IMG/VR virus record: IMGVR_UViG_3300032288_003288
DNA from: a virus
Length of the DNA stretch: 64,000 nt
Reading direction: 5' to 3' (one strand)
Shown: positions 18,207 through 26,118 of the stretch, piece by piece
How positions within the stretch are numbered: the stretch's first letter is position 1
Layout: each line of letters opens with the position of its first letter
Translations under genes and position numbers: made by a program
Notes under the pieces: model-generated
What the model saw: only the letters and a program-made list of their open reading frames with translations
Database searches by the model: none
Told to the model about the DNA's origin: nothing

Positions 18207-18954
18207 GATCTTCTGCCTTCTTATAATCTGTTAAGTACTTCTCGTACATTCTTCGCACTTCGTTCACTCTCACTTTGGCTTTACGCGCATACACCCGCGG
18301 ATCTGCATCTAAGTATCTCTGTGGATCTTTCTCGAGTACAGCTTGCGGTATCAATACGCTGTTGAGTTTTCTACGCCTGCACAACACCACTAGAGGCTTC
18401 CACATAAACTTGAACAGCTGATGTGCCAAGCCATCGTACCCGATGCCCCACTCACACGTTCGAATCAGCTCCACGACTTCGGCCACGGGTGTACGATATG
18501 TGACCTCTCGCACGTCGTATCCCATATCAGCAAGCTTGTCTCGAATGGCAGGCCAGTGTTTGATAGCCGGATCTTTTCCCATTCCTGGAAAACTGACGTT
18601 GTGTTCGCTCGTCCACATGACAACTCTCTGAGGAACTATCTCGTTCTGCAACGTAGAGTACCACAACCCATGCAAAGGATTCCACTCGTCTAACTGATTG
18701 TAGAACCTAAACTTCGGCGTACTGTTGAACTCATGAGACACTGTGACATCGCCGTCTCTCATGATACTCTTTATGTATTCGCATCTGTCGTGTAGAGTTT
18801 CTACGTCTGTCTCATGAAACAGATGATCTCGCGACTCCGACCAATGAAACTTTATTTCGACCGAACGCTGATACTTTAGACTGGCGGTATAGGCGTATCC
18901 TAGACCGGTGACAAAGTCACCGTACCCGACTCCAGTCCTCCACTCTACCTTCAT
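18178..18954 (-). CDS. Putative GT-B glycosyltransferase (GT9-like)
   Basis: N-terminal GVGYGD and C-terminal ELIRTCEWGIGYDGLAHQL resemble GT9 motifs; island context. Confidence 0.6.
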   Translation of the reverse strand: MKVEWRTGVGYGDFVTGLGYAYTASLKYQRSVEIKFHWSESRDHLFHETDVETLHDRCEYIKSIMRDGDVTVSHEFNSTPKFRFYNQLDEWNPLHGLWYSTLQNEIVPQRVVMWTSEHNVSFPGMGKDPAIKHWPAIRDKLADMGYDVREVTYRTPVAEVVELIRTCEWGIGYDGLAHQLFKFMWKPLVVLCRRRKLNSVLIPQAVLEKDPQRYLDADPRVYARKAKVRVNEVRRMYEKYLTDYKKAEDHELFNTFVY

Positions 18955-19610
18955 AGAATCTCTACGTCAAACTCACCGCCCGAGATGTCAGTGATCATGT
19001 CTTTCCACATCTCTTTGTGATCGATGACAAATGCGATAGTAACTCGCTGCTTCTTGGTCTCGGCCATGTGCCAAAACTCTTTGCCCTTTTCAGTCTTTTC
19101 ATTTGGATAGTATCCTACACGTACGTTCCAACCAGGCTGATCTTGAAGCTTGACTATATCTTTCTTGTCATGATCCCAAAATGAGAAGTTGCCGTCTCCG
19201 TCCTGAGAATACGTGAATAGAATGTTGTAACCAGGAGCGTTACCGTTGTGGTGCCATCCGATATATCCGTCGTCTGGATAGCCCATGATCAGAGCATTTC
19301 TCTGAACACCGAGACGACGAATGACTAGGCTGATCTTATCCCTCAGGCGCTCTACTGGCTCTGGATCTCTGTGATGCACCTGAGTCATACCGAATCCCCA
19401 GACTCCTTGCGGATATCCATAGTGGCGCCAATCATGTTTCATCGCCTCGTTAAGATATTCGCGGCTAGTCGGATGCAGATCAGGGATTCTTTTGTCTACG
19501 ATAGGTTTGCTCGACTTGATGATCTTGTCTACTTCACCAGTATAGAAATCTTCAATTATATTCGATAATAGAGTCAGCAGCCGATCGTTTTTTAACGGTA
19601 CGTTTTTCAT
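18951..19610 (-). CDS. Putative cupin-fold/2OG-Fe(II)-like oxygenase
   Basis: YPDDGYIGWHHN...FWH....KQRVTIAF pattern (H-x-N...H...R) resembles a double-stranded beta-helix oxygenase. Confidence 0.55.
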   Translation of the reverse strand: MKNVPLKNDRLLTLLSNIIEDFYTGEVDKIIKSSKPIVDKRIPDLHPTSREYLNEAMKHDWRHYGYPQGVWGFGMTQVHHRDPEPVERLRDKISLVIRRLGVQRNALIMGYPDDGYIGWHHNGNAPGYNILFTYSQDGDGNFSFWDHDKKDIVKLQDQPGWNVRVGYYPNEKTEKGKEFWHMAETKKQRVTIAFVIDHKEMWKDMITDISGGEFDVEIL

Positions 19611-20409
19611 TAATCTTGTCCTGTATATTTTGCCACGTGGCTGGCATCTTACTCCAAGTCGACTTATCGACCTGAGTAATCACTGGTGGACCGTCAAGAT
19701 CTTCTGGAAGGTCTTGTCCTGTGGAATTCCACCTACGTGACAAGATCTTGATGTCCAAAGGATTGAATTTACTGTACTGAGGAAACATGCCGATTCTACT
19801 TCCAACCGTCATGGTCCATAGAGTAAACATATCAAACTGCTGCCACTCACGATATGCAAACTTTTCATGTGGCCACTTCGTTCGTCGCTGTTTGACATAC
19901 TCATCAAACCAAGTCTGCATAAAGTCTAGGTTCAAGTCAGTGGTATGATATCCCCACATAGATCCATGATAGATCGGCTCATATTTCCTAGCTTTATCTA
20001 TATGCGCCCACTTTGGATTTCCTACAGTATAGAGCAAATTACTTCCACAGAACAGATCACACTCGTCTAGAAAATCATGCATCTTCTTGATGTCTCTGTG
20101 TCGAATCATAGAATCTGCGTCGATGTAGATCGTCCGTTTTGTGTAAGGAGTGCGGGCCATGCACCACATCTTTGTCCTATAGTGAATAGGAATGTCTGTA
20201 ATAATAGTGTCAAATAACTCTTCTGCTCTGCCTTCCTCGTCGACGAAGTTCTCATGAGTAAACAACGTGACGTGAGCATCAGGATAGTAGTCTCTGAGAG
20301 TTTGACAAGATATTAGAGCTAGCTCATAATATAGAACGTCGCGAGAAGCTACGTAGATGAATCCTACGTCTTTCTCTCTGCCGTTATCATACCGGATCTT
20401 GAGGCTCAT
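19552..20409 (-). CDS. Glycosyltransferase, GT-A fold (GT8-like)
   Basis: GFIYVA, K...M..TPY..TIYIDADS (DxD), DMFTLW and RWN. The likely start is ATG 20409 (MSLKIR) rather than 20451. Confidence 0.75.
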   Translation of the reverse strand: MSLKIRYDNGREKDVGFIYVASRDVLYYELALISCQTLRDYYPDAHVTLFTHENFVDEEGRAEELFDTIITDIPIHYRTKMWCMARTPYTKRTIYIDADSMIRHRDIKKMHDFLDECDLFCGSNLLYTVGNPKWAHIDKARKYEPIYHGSMWGYHTTDLNLDFMQTWFDEYVKQRRTKWPHEKFAYREWQQFDMFTLWTMTVGSRIGMFPQYSKFNPLDIKILSRRWNSTGQDLPEDLDGPPVITQVDKSTWSKMPATWQNIQDKINEKRTVKKRSAADSIIEYN

Positions 20410-20908
20410 TCTTCTTCTTTTCTTTTTCGAACTGCATGTCTTCGATCTCATCGAAGATGTCGATGAAGGACTTTCCAGTTTCCTTCATATATTCTGTGCA
20501 TAATACAGATAGGACTAAGTTTAGCAAATGAATGCTTGGTGCTCTGCGCACTGCAGCCTTATTTTGAGGAGCTGCGTTTTGAACAAAAGGTAACTCGAAT
20601 GCTCGTGTCTTGGCATCAAACAGTTGCTTTAGAATGTCGTTCTGAACAGCAGCCTTGCGCTTCTTATCATGAAACTCTGCGTCTCTACGGCGCTTGGTTT
20701 CTAGATCATTACGCGCCTTACGCATAGCCTCTACGTCGTGTTCGTCCATGATTCGATCCCAAAGATCGCTCACTCCACGAACTCGATTCTTAGGAACTTC
20801 GATCTCAGCATTGGTCTCGACGCCGTTCTCGGCGACCAAGATCATGCGCACTCGACTCTTTTCAAGATCGATGAATTCAGGTCTCTTAATTATCGGATAT
20901 TTGGTCAT
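20387..20908 (-). CDS. Hypothetical protein
   Basis: 173-aa ORF overlapping both neighbours in the operon; no motif recognised. Confidence 0.6.
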   Translation of the reverse strand: MTKYPIIKRPEFIDLEKSRVRMILVAENGVETNAEIEVPKNRVRGVSDLWDRIMDEHDVEAMRKARNDLETKRRRDAEFHDKKRKAAVQNDILKQLFDAKTRAFELPFVQNAAPQNKAAVRRAPSIHLLNLVLSVLCTEYMKETGKSFIDIFDEIEDMQFEKEKKKNEPQDPV

Positions 20909-21650
20909 GCTCTTTCTTTCTTAATACGACGATATACTCGGTGGTGTTATCATATTTTCCTTTGGTGACCATCTTGGCACCTAGATTGTCGTGTGAATAC
21001 ACGTTTATCTCGTGACCTTCTTTTTCAAGCTCTACCAATTTATTATTCAAAGCCAACAGCTCTAGTTCGCCGTAGCGATGGCTGACGTCTTCAATAAAAT
21101 ATAGACCTCCTGGCTTTAGATATTCCCAGCCATTTGTCAACGTAGGGAGCTGTTCGTTAGAAGGATGGTGTCCGCCATCGTCTATAATGACGTCAAATTC
21201 TTTACCCCACAGTTCATACCAATCTGTCTCCTGCCTTGTATCAAAGTAACACTTTTTGATAGTATTGTACACAGGAAATCTGCGAGAAATCTCTTGCATC
21301 TCTGCAGTTCTCGATGGATCGATGACGTTGTCGATGCCGGTGAGCTTGGCATTCTTGAAGTATCTCTGCCAAGCCAAAAGACTCCATCCGAAGAAGATAC
21401 CTATCTCTAATATGTCTAAAGCTTCATCTCGCTTAGAAGAGAGATACTTGCTATAGACTCTGTCGTATCCTCTCCATCCGGCTCGATCAGTCTCATCTGC
21501 CTTACGACCGACTTTGATCAGCGCTGGGTTAGAAGCCACCTGTTTGGCAGTGTATCGATTGTGGTGTGGATTATAGTTTAAATACTCTCTGAGAGTTGGA
21601 TCACTCTCAGGCAAGTACGTATATGGTATAGCATGATCAAATATCATCAT
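20886..21650 (-). CDS. Class I SAM-dependent methyltransferase, related to 16658-17233
   Basis: ILEIGIFFGWSL, GID, FDVIIDDGGH and LKPGGLYFIEDV motifs. Confidence 0.88.
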   Translation of the reverse strand: MMIFDHAIPYTYLPESDPTLREYLNYNPHHNRYTAKQVASNPALIKVGRKADETDRAGWRGYDRVYSKYLSSKRDEALDILEIGIFFGWSLLAWQRYFKNAKLTGIDNVIDPSRTAEMQEISRRFPVYNTIKKCYFDTRQETDWYELWGKEFDVIIDDGGHHPSNEQLPTLTNGWEYLKPGGLYFIEDVSHRYGELELLALNNKLVELEKEGHEINVYSHDNLGAKMVTKGKYDNTTEYIVVLRKKEHDQISDN

Positions 21651-22297
21651 ATCTTTTTAAACTCATGAAACTTCTCCGGAGGCCAATGCTCTGGATGCTT
21701 ATTGCAAAAATGATCTACAGTATTACCGACTTCATCGTTCATTACCTGGTTACTACATGCAACGTACTTCTTATGACGCTCACTGACCACCGTATTTTTC
21801 CAGTCAGAGTATGCAGCGATGTGTCCGTAAGGTCCGCAACCTATAATACTATCTATACACCTTGTCACGAGCTCTTTTGCAAACTGTGGTTGAATAACGT
21901 AGCTACCCATTGCAGCTTTGTCGTAGAAGATCATTCCATATGAAGGATCATACCAAAGCTTTTCCGGATGTTCGAGGTATGTATCGTGTTCTAACACCAT
22001 GATGGGTTCGTTTAAAAATACGGATTCTTGCCACAGTTGAAAATGACTGTACCAACAGGCACGTTCTGTGGGAGTGATGTCTGCCTTAAGGCCATGCATC
22101 AGATACTTCTTGTCTGTCCGATACTTGACAAACTTCAGCTCTTTTAGTCTGTGCAGATCGTCAGGAGTTACTGCGTCGAAGCGTTCTACTTTAATGCCGA
22201 CCGCTTCCCACGACGGTGTACAGTAGTCGGCGTAGTACTCTGAAGCTTTGTTTCCTTTGACCACGATCATGTAGCATTTCAAATCAGATAGTTTCAT
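21647..22297 (-). CDS. Glycosyltransferase family 25-like
   Basis: ERFDAVTP, E.AC..SH..LW and IMVLEHD motifs typical of GT25/Lex2B-type enzymes. Confidence 0.8.
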   Translation of the reverse strand: MKLSDLKCYMIVVKGNKASEYYADYCTPSWEAVGIKVERFDAVTPDDLHRLKELKFVKYRTDKKYLMHGLKADITPTERACWYSHFQLWQESVFLNEPIMVLEHDTYLEHPEKLWYDPSYGMIFYDKAAMGSYVIQPQFAKELVTRCIDSIIGCGPYGHIAAYSDWKNTVVSERHKKYVACSNQVMNDEVGNTVDHFCNKHPEHWPPEKFHEFKKI

Positions 22298-22308
22298 ATC
22301 ATTCCTAA

Positions 22309-24378
22309 TTATGGGAGGTCAGCCGTGTATGTCTTGTCGTACACATTATCGTATGCTTCTCCATAAGATAGATCATACTGCGCATCATATGACTCATCGA
22401 ACGTATTGTCATAGTCTGTTGCATATGGAGATTCATATAGAGAAGTGTATGTAACTTCGAAGTTTCCTGTATAGTCTGTATCATACAGAGACGTTTCGAA
22501 CGTGCCCACATAAGTCACGACATTGGTGTCCGAAAGATATGTCGTGTCGTATACTTCTGTTTCGAAAGAAACATCGTATGAAGATTCGAATGACACGTCA
22601 TACTCTGTCACCAACTCATAGTTTGTTGCAGCCGAATATACACCGCCGTAGACGTTTTCATACGTAAGATCATAAGTCGTCGTGTAGTCTGTCAGATAGT
22701 CTATCGCATAGAGTGTTGTGAACGTGGCGGTGTAACCTAGAGTATAGTCTGTAGTATAGTCAGAGGCATACGCTGGACCGACGTATGTATCAGAGAAAGC
22801 TGCCGTTGTAGTAAAGTCTGCTTCATAGTTTGCAGCACTCTGATATTGAATTGAACCAAAGTCTCCGGTGTAGGTAGCGCCTCCACCAAAAGATGCTGCA
22901 TCATAATCTTCAGGACCGAGAAAGAAATCAATATTTTTGACACCGTTGAAGAATACTACGCCCTGGAATTCTCCTGTCCCGGTATAGCTCAGCGTATATT
23001 GTAAAGAGGCAAAGTCTGATTGATATGCGCCGGTGTAGCCTATGAACCCAGCATAAGTTCCAACATAAGTGGTGCTGCCAGTGTAGTCAGTGGTGTATGA
23101 CCCCGCAAAATCTCCGGTATACGTAGCGGAAAAGTTTACGTTGAAGTCGGTATTAAAGCCTACATCAGAATAGTCTGTGGTATAGCTGTTCTGATAATTC
23201 GTATCGAATCCCAGATTATATTCTGCAGCATAAGATAGCGCAGAAGTAAAGTCTATGAAGCCAGAGTAATCTGCGCTGACCGTGTATAGTGTCGCTGGTC
23301 CCACATAAACAATGTCGTACAACGTAGCATAGTCTGCAGAGTATGTTGGACCGACAAAGTTTCTAATATAGACGCCGCCGTATTCGTCGGTATAGTCATC
23401 GATAAAGCTAGCGTCATAGTCTTCAGCGGCATAAGGTGGGCTGACGAATGGACCAATGTAGTTCTGATTAAACCCGGCAGCTACATAGTTAGTTCCATCA
23501 TAAGTTCCAAGATATGGACCTGTATAAGTTATAGATTCATACGATGTTGTAGTGAAGCTTGCTCCGTCATAGTTTTGGGCAGCTGGCCCGCTATATGTTG
23601 CAAGATATGATACTGTTGGTCCTACGTATGTTAATACGTACGGAGCGCCTTCGAAGTCGCCTTCATATGTCCGGAGATATGAGGGGTTGTAGGTATTAGT
23701 ATAAGTGGCAGTTGATCCATATAAACCAGAAAAGTCTGTGCCAGCATATGACAGGACGTAAGACAGCTGATAGCCGCCGCTGGGCCCAGCGTATATCGCA
23801 ACAAGAGTATCATACTCTAGAGCTGGTGTTACTTCTGTTGAATATATAGCGTTGAAGTCTGCTAAATAATCACTGCCTCCGTAGCTGTTGCCGGCGCCGG
23901 CATTGGCATACAACAAATCGTCATAGTCTGTGTTACCTCCAGAATAACTTAGAGCATAGCCCGTCTCAAGAGTTATATAGTCTCCTACGAAGTCTAATAG
24001 GTAGTCTGACTGATATTCTGTAAGATATTCATCTAACACATAACTCAAAGCGTAGTGCGCAGTATACGTCCCAGCATATGCTGTGTCGTATGTAGCAAGA
24101 TATAAAGCGGTAAAGTCGCCTTGATATACTATATCGTAGTTAGATTCGAAAGTGGCAAGATAAGAGTCTTGGAATGAACCTTCATACACACCCACAAATT
24201 GGTTGTCGAAAGTTCCAGTGTAAGTGTCTGAGAAGGCAGAATCATACGCGCCAAGATATGTCGTGTCATAAGTTCCAAGATAAGGCACACCATAAGAACC
24301 GACGTAAGAGCTCTCATAGCTCGGGCCCGAGTCTGCTATAATTGGGCTTAATCTTACAGTCTTGAACCTTACGACCAT
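22309..24378 (-). CDS. Tyr/Thr/Asp-rich protein with aromatic residue every fourth position
   Basis: 689-aa ORF made almost entirely of (Y/F)xxx units, e.g. YESSYVGSYGVPYLGTYDTTYLGAYDSAF; in the fibre operon. Confidence 0.8.
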   Translation of the reverse strand: MVVRFKTVRLSPIIADSGPSYESSYVGSYGVPYLGTYDTTYLGAYDSAFSDTYTGTFDNQFVGVYEGSFQDSYLATFESNYDIVYQGDFTALYLATYDTAYAGTYTAHYALSYVLDEYLTEYQSDYLLDFVGDYITLETGYALSYSGGNTDYDDLLYANAGAGNSYGGSDYLADFNAIYSTEVTPALEYDTLVAIYAGPSGGYQLSYVLSYAGTDFSGLYGSTATYTNTYNPSYLRTYEGDFEGAPYVLTYVGPTVSYLATYSGPAAQNYDGASFTTTSYESITYTGPYLGTYDGTNYVAAGFNQNYIGPFVSPPYAAEDYDASFIDDYTDEYGGVYIRNFVGPTYSADYATLYDIVYVGPATLYTVSADYSGFIDFTSALSYAAEYNLGFDTNYQNSYTTDYSDVGFNTDFNVNFSATYTGDFAGSYTTDYTGSTTYVGTYAGFIGYTGAYQSDFASLQYTLSYTGTGEFQGVVFFNGVKNIDFFLGPEDYDAASFGGGATYTGDFGSIQYQSAANYEADFTTTAAFSDTYVGPAYASDYTTDYTLGYTATFTTLYAIDYLTDYTTTYDLTYENVYGGVYSAATNYELVTEYDVSFESSYDVSFETEVYDTTYLSDTNVVTYVGTFETSLYDTDYTGNFEVTYTSLYESPYATDYDNTFDESYDAQYDLSYGEAYDNVYDKTYTADLP

Positions 24379-24384
24379 GTTACG

Positions 24385-25836
24385 TCACTTTACAAGCATA
24401 GATTCTAGATACTCTATCCGTTGTTTGAGCGACCTGATCTCATTCAACATAGGCACTATTAATTTATTATAGCTAACACCGCGGAGTTGTGGTTGACCGT
24501 CCACCACGTCGTAGAATACCAGACTGGGATTGACCAGCTCTGTCTCTTCTGCGATCAGACCATACTCTATAGGAGATTCTGCCTCTTCAGTATAGTTGCC
24601 TACTACATCCTTCTTTCGATAGTTGAAAGAGACTGGTCGTAGATCGTGTAACCACGCCGTATTGGTCATGGTTTCGATGTTAGTCTTGGCAGCTTGAATA
24701 GAAGACACGTAGCCCATCAAGCCAGTGTCATCGATGAACAGGTCACGATTTGTGACGCCTACTGTCGTGTTGTAGATCGTTTGAGCAGTTATGGTTGTCG
24801 CACCGTATAGTGTGATTCCGTTGTTGGAGATCACCACGTTGGCCGTGGTGTTGCCGATGTCGAGCATTGCCATGTTGGCTAGCAGCTCTCCAGAAACATA
24901 GACGTTTCCGCTGACACTCAACTTATCTGCAGGAATAGAGTTGCCAAAACCGATGTTGCCGTTTGTTACGAAGTATGCAGATGTGCCGACTGTGAATGCA
25001 TTGACAGAATACGTCAGTGCGCCGGAACCTGTTCTACCTAGTTTAGAAGTAGTGTCAGCGTTACCAAACACTATGTAGCCGTTATTGGCGCTTTGTTGTC
25101 CTCTAATACCGATCGTATCTGCAGTATTGATGTCGCCTATCCAGGCATCGTCGCCGACTTTGTAGTTTTGACCATTGCCATTATTGGTCGACAATACTTG
25201 ATCTGCAGTTATGGATGTAGAATTGATAGTGGTGTTTACAGAAGAGTTGCCGACATAGATGTTAGTGCCAGTAAACGCCACGTTGGCTTGAAAAGTGTGT
25301 GTATTAGTCCAGGTATACTGCGCAGCTGTATTGATCGACGCCGCGCCTGGACTTGACCAATATACACTAGACCCATCAGAAGTAAGTAATTGTCCACTAC
25401 CACCTAAGCTATTGTTGGCGTATATGCCGAAGATGGACATATCGATAGGTGTATTAAACCTAAAAGCTCCCGATTGAGAAGAACTTAACGTATTTGCATA
25501 GATGTTAAATACAGCGCGTTGACCGCCGGCAGTGTTTGTGGTATAAAACACAAAGTTATCATCGCTCTGTTGTCTCATTCCGACAGAATTGCCGCTTAAA
25601 GCTTTAAAGCTTAAGCCAACTTCGTTATTAAGAGTAATGGATGAAGTGATTGATAAGTTTGTAAGATTTGAGCCCACCTCAAACGACGCAGAGCCGTTAG
25701 ATGAGAAGAGCTTCTTGTCAGCTAGGTTGACCGCGAATTCGCCTGCATCGATGTACGCTCCGTTGGAGCTGTTCGTGGTATTAGGCGTTCTGCCTGACAC
25801 AGACGTACGCTTGATCTGAATCTTAGTATTGGCCAT
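24385..25836 (-). CDS. Tail fibre protein with C-terminal intramolecular chaperone (peptidase S74)
   Basis: N-terminal IQIKR...GEFAVN..DKKLF fibre anchor. C-terminal SS...K.NI...LRPVSFNY...YGLIAEE...V.Y..L followed by a coiled coil. Confidence 0.85.
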   Translation of the reverse strand: MANTKIQIKRTSVSGRTPNTTNSSNGAYIDAGEFAVNLADKKLFSSNGSASFEVGSNLTNLSITSSITLNNEVGLSFKALSGNSVGMRQQSDDNFVFYTTNTAGGQRAVFNIYANTLSSSQSGAFRFNTPIDMSIFGIYANNSLGGSGQLLTSDGSSVYWSSPGAASINTAAQYTWTNTHTFQANVAFTGTNIYVGNSSVNTTINSTSITADQVLSTNNGNGQNYKVGDDAWIGDINTADTIGIRGQQSANNGYIVFGNADTTSKLGRTGSGALTYSVNAFTVGTSAYFVTNGNIGFGNSIPADKLSVSGNVYVSGELLANMAMLDIGNTTANVVISNNGITLYGATTITAQTIYNTTVGVTNRDLFIDDTGLMGYVSSIQAAKTNIETMTNTAWLHDLRPVSFNYRKKDVVGNYTEEAESPIEYGLIAEETELVNPSLVFYDVVDGQPQLRGVSYNKLIVPMLNEIRSLKQRIEYLESMLVK

Positions 25837-25875
25837 ATTATCCTCTATATAGAGTACTCAGAAGACTATGTAGTC

Positions 25876-26070
25876 TTAGAATTCGCCGTCTGCAAGCTTA
25901 GCTTTCTTGTCTGCTTTATTCTGAAGCTTCTTCAGCTCAGCTTGAAGATCGGCGTTCTGTTTTTCAAGAAGAGCAATCTTGCTCTCGGCCATGATCTCTC
26001 TTAATGTAACATCGACTAACTTATTCTTCATGGTCTCGATGTAAATATTTACGAATTCTACGTCATTCAC
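25876..26070 (-). CDS. Small coiled-coil protein, fibre region
   Basis: 64 aa with heptad pattern, ending LADGEF; fills the gap between two fibre genes. Confidence 0.65.
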   Translation of the reverse strand: MNDVEFVNIYIETMKNKLVDVTLREIMAESKIALLEKQNADLQAELKKLQNKADKKAKLADGEF

Positions 26071-26071
26071 T

Positions 26072-26100
26072 GTTTACATTCCCGTACAATTGTGTATAAT
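26072..26100 (+). promoter_or_regulatory. Putative early-type promoter, antisense to fibre genes
   Basis: GTTTAC (26072-26077), 17-nt spacer, TATAAT (26095-26100), within a 48-nt intergenic gap. Confidence 0.55.
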
Positions 26101-26118
26101 GGGATTATCCCCTAATAA

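Noticed and set aside
13709-22297. Island as host LPS operon or chimeric assembly
   Set aside because: Genes are compact, overlap in phage style and run on from the fibre operon, and the left boundary shares an intergenic region with a phage late promoter. Read-level confirmation is still advisable.
22309-24378. Tyr tracts as DNA tandem repeats, CRISPR array or DGR template/variable repeats
   Set aside because: No identical nucleotide repeat unit, no repeat-spacer structure, no reverse transcriptase and no adenine-specific paired repeats were seen.
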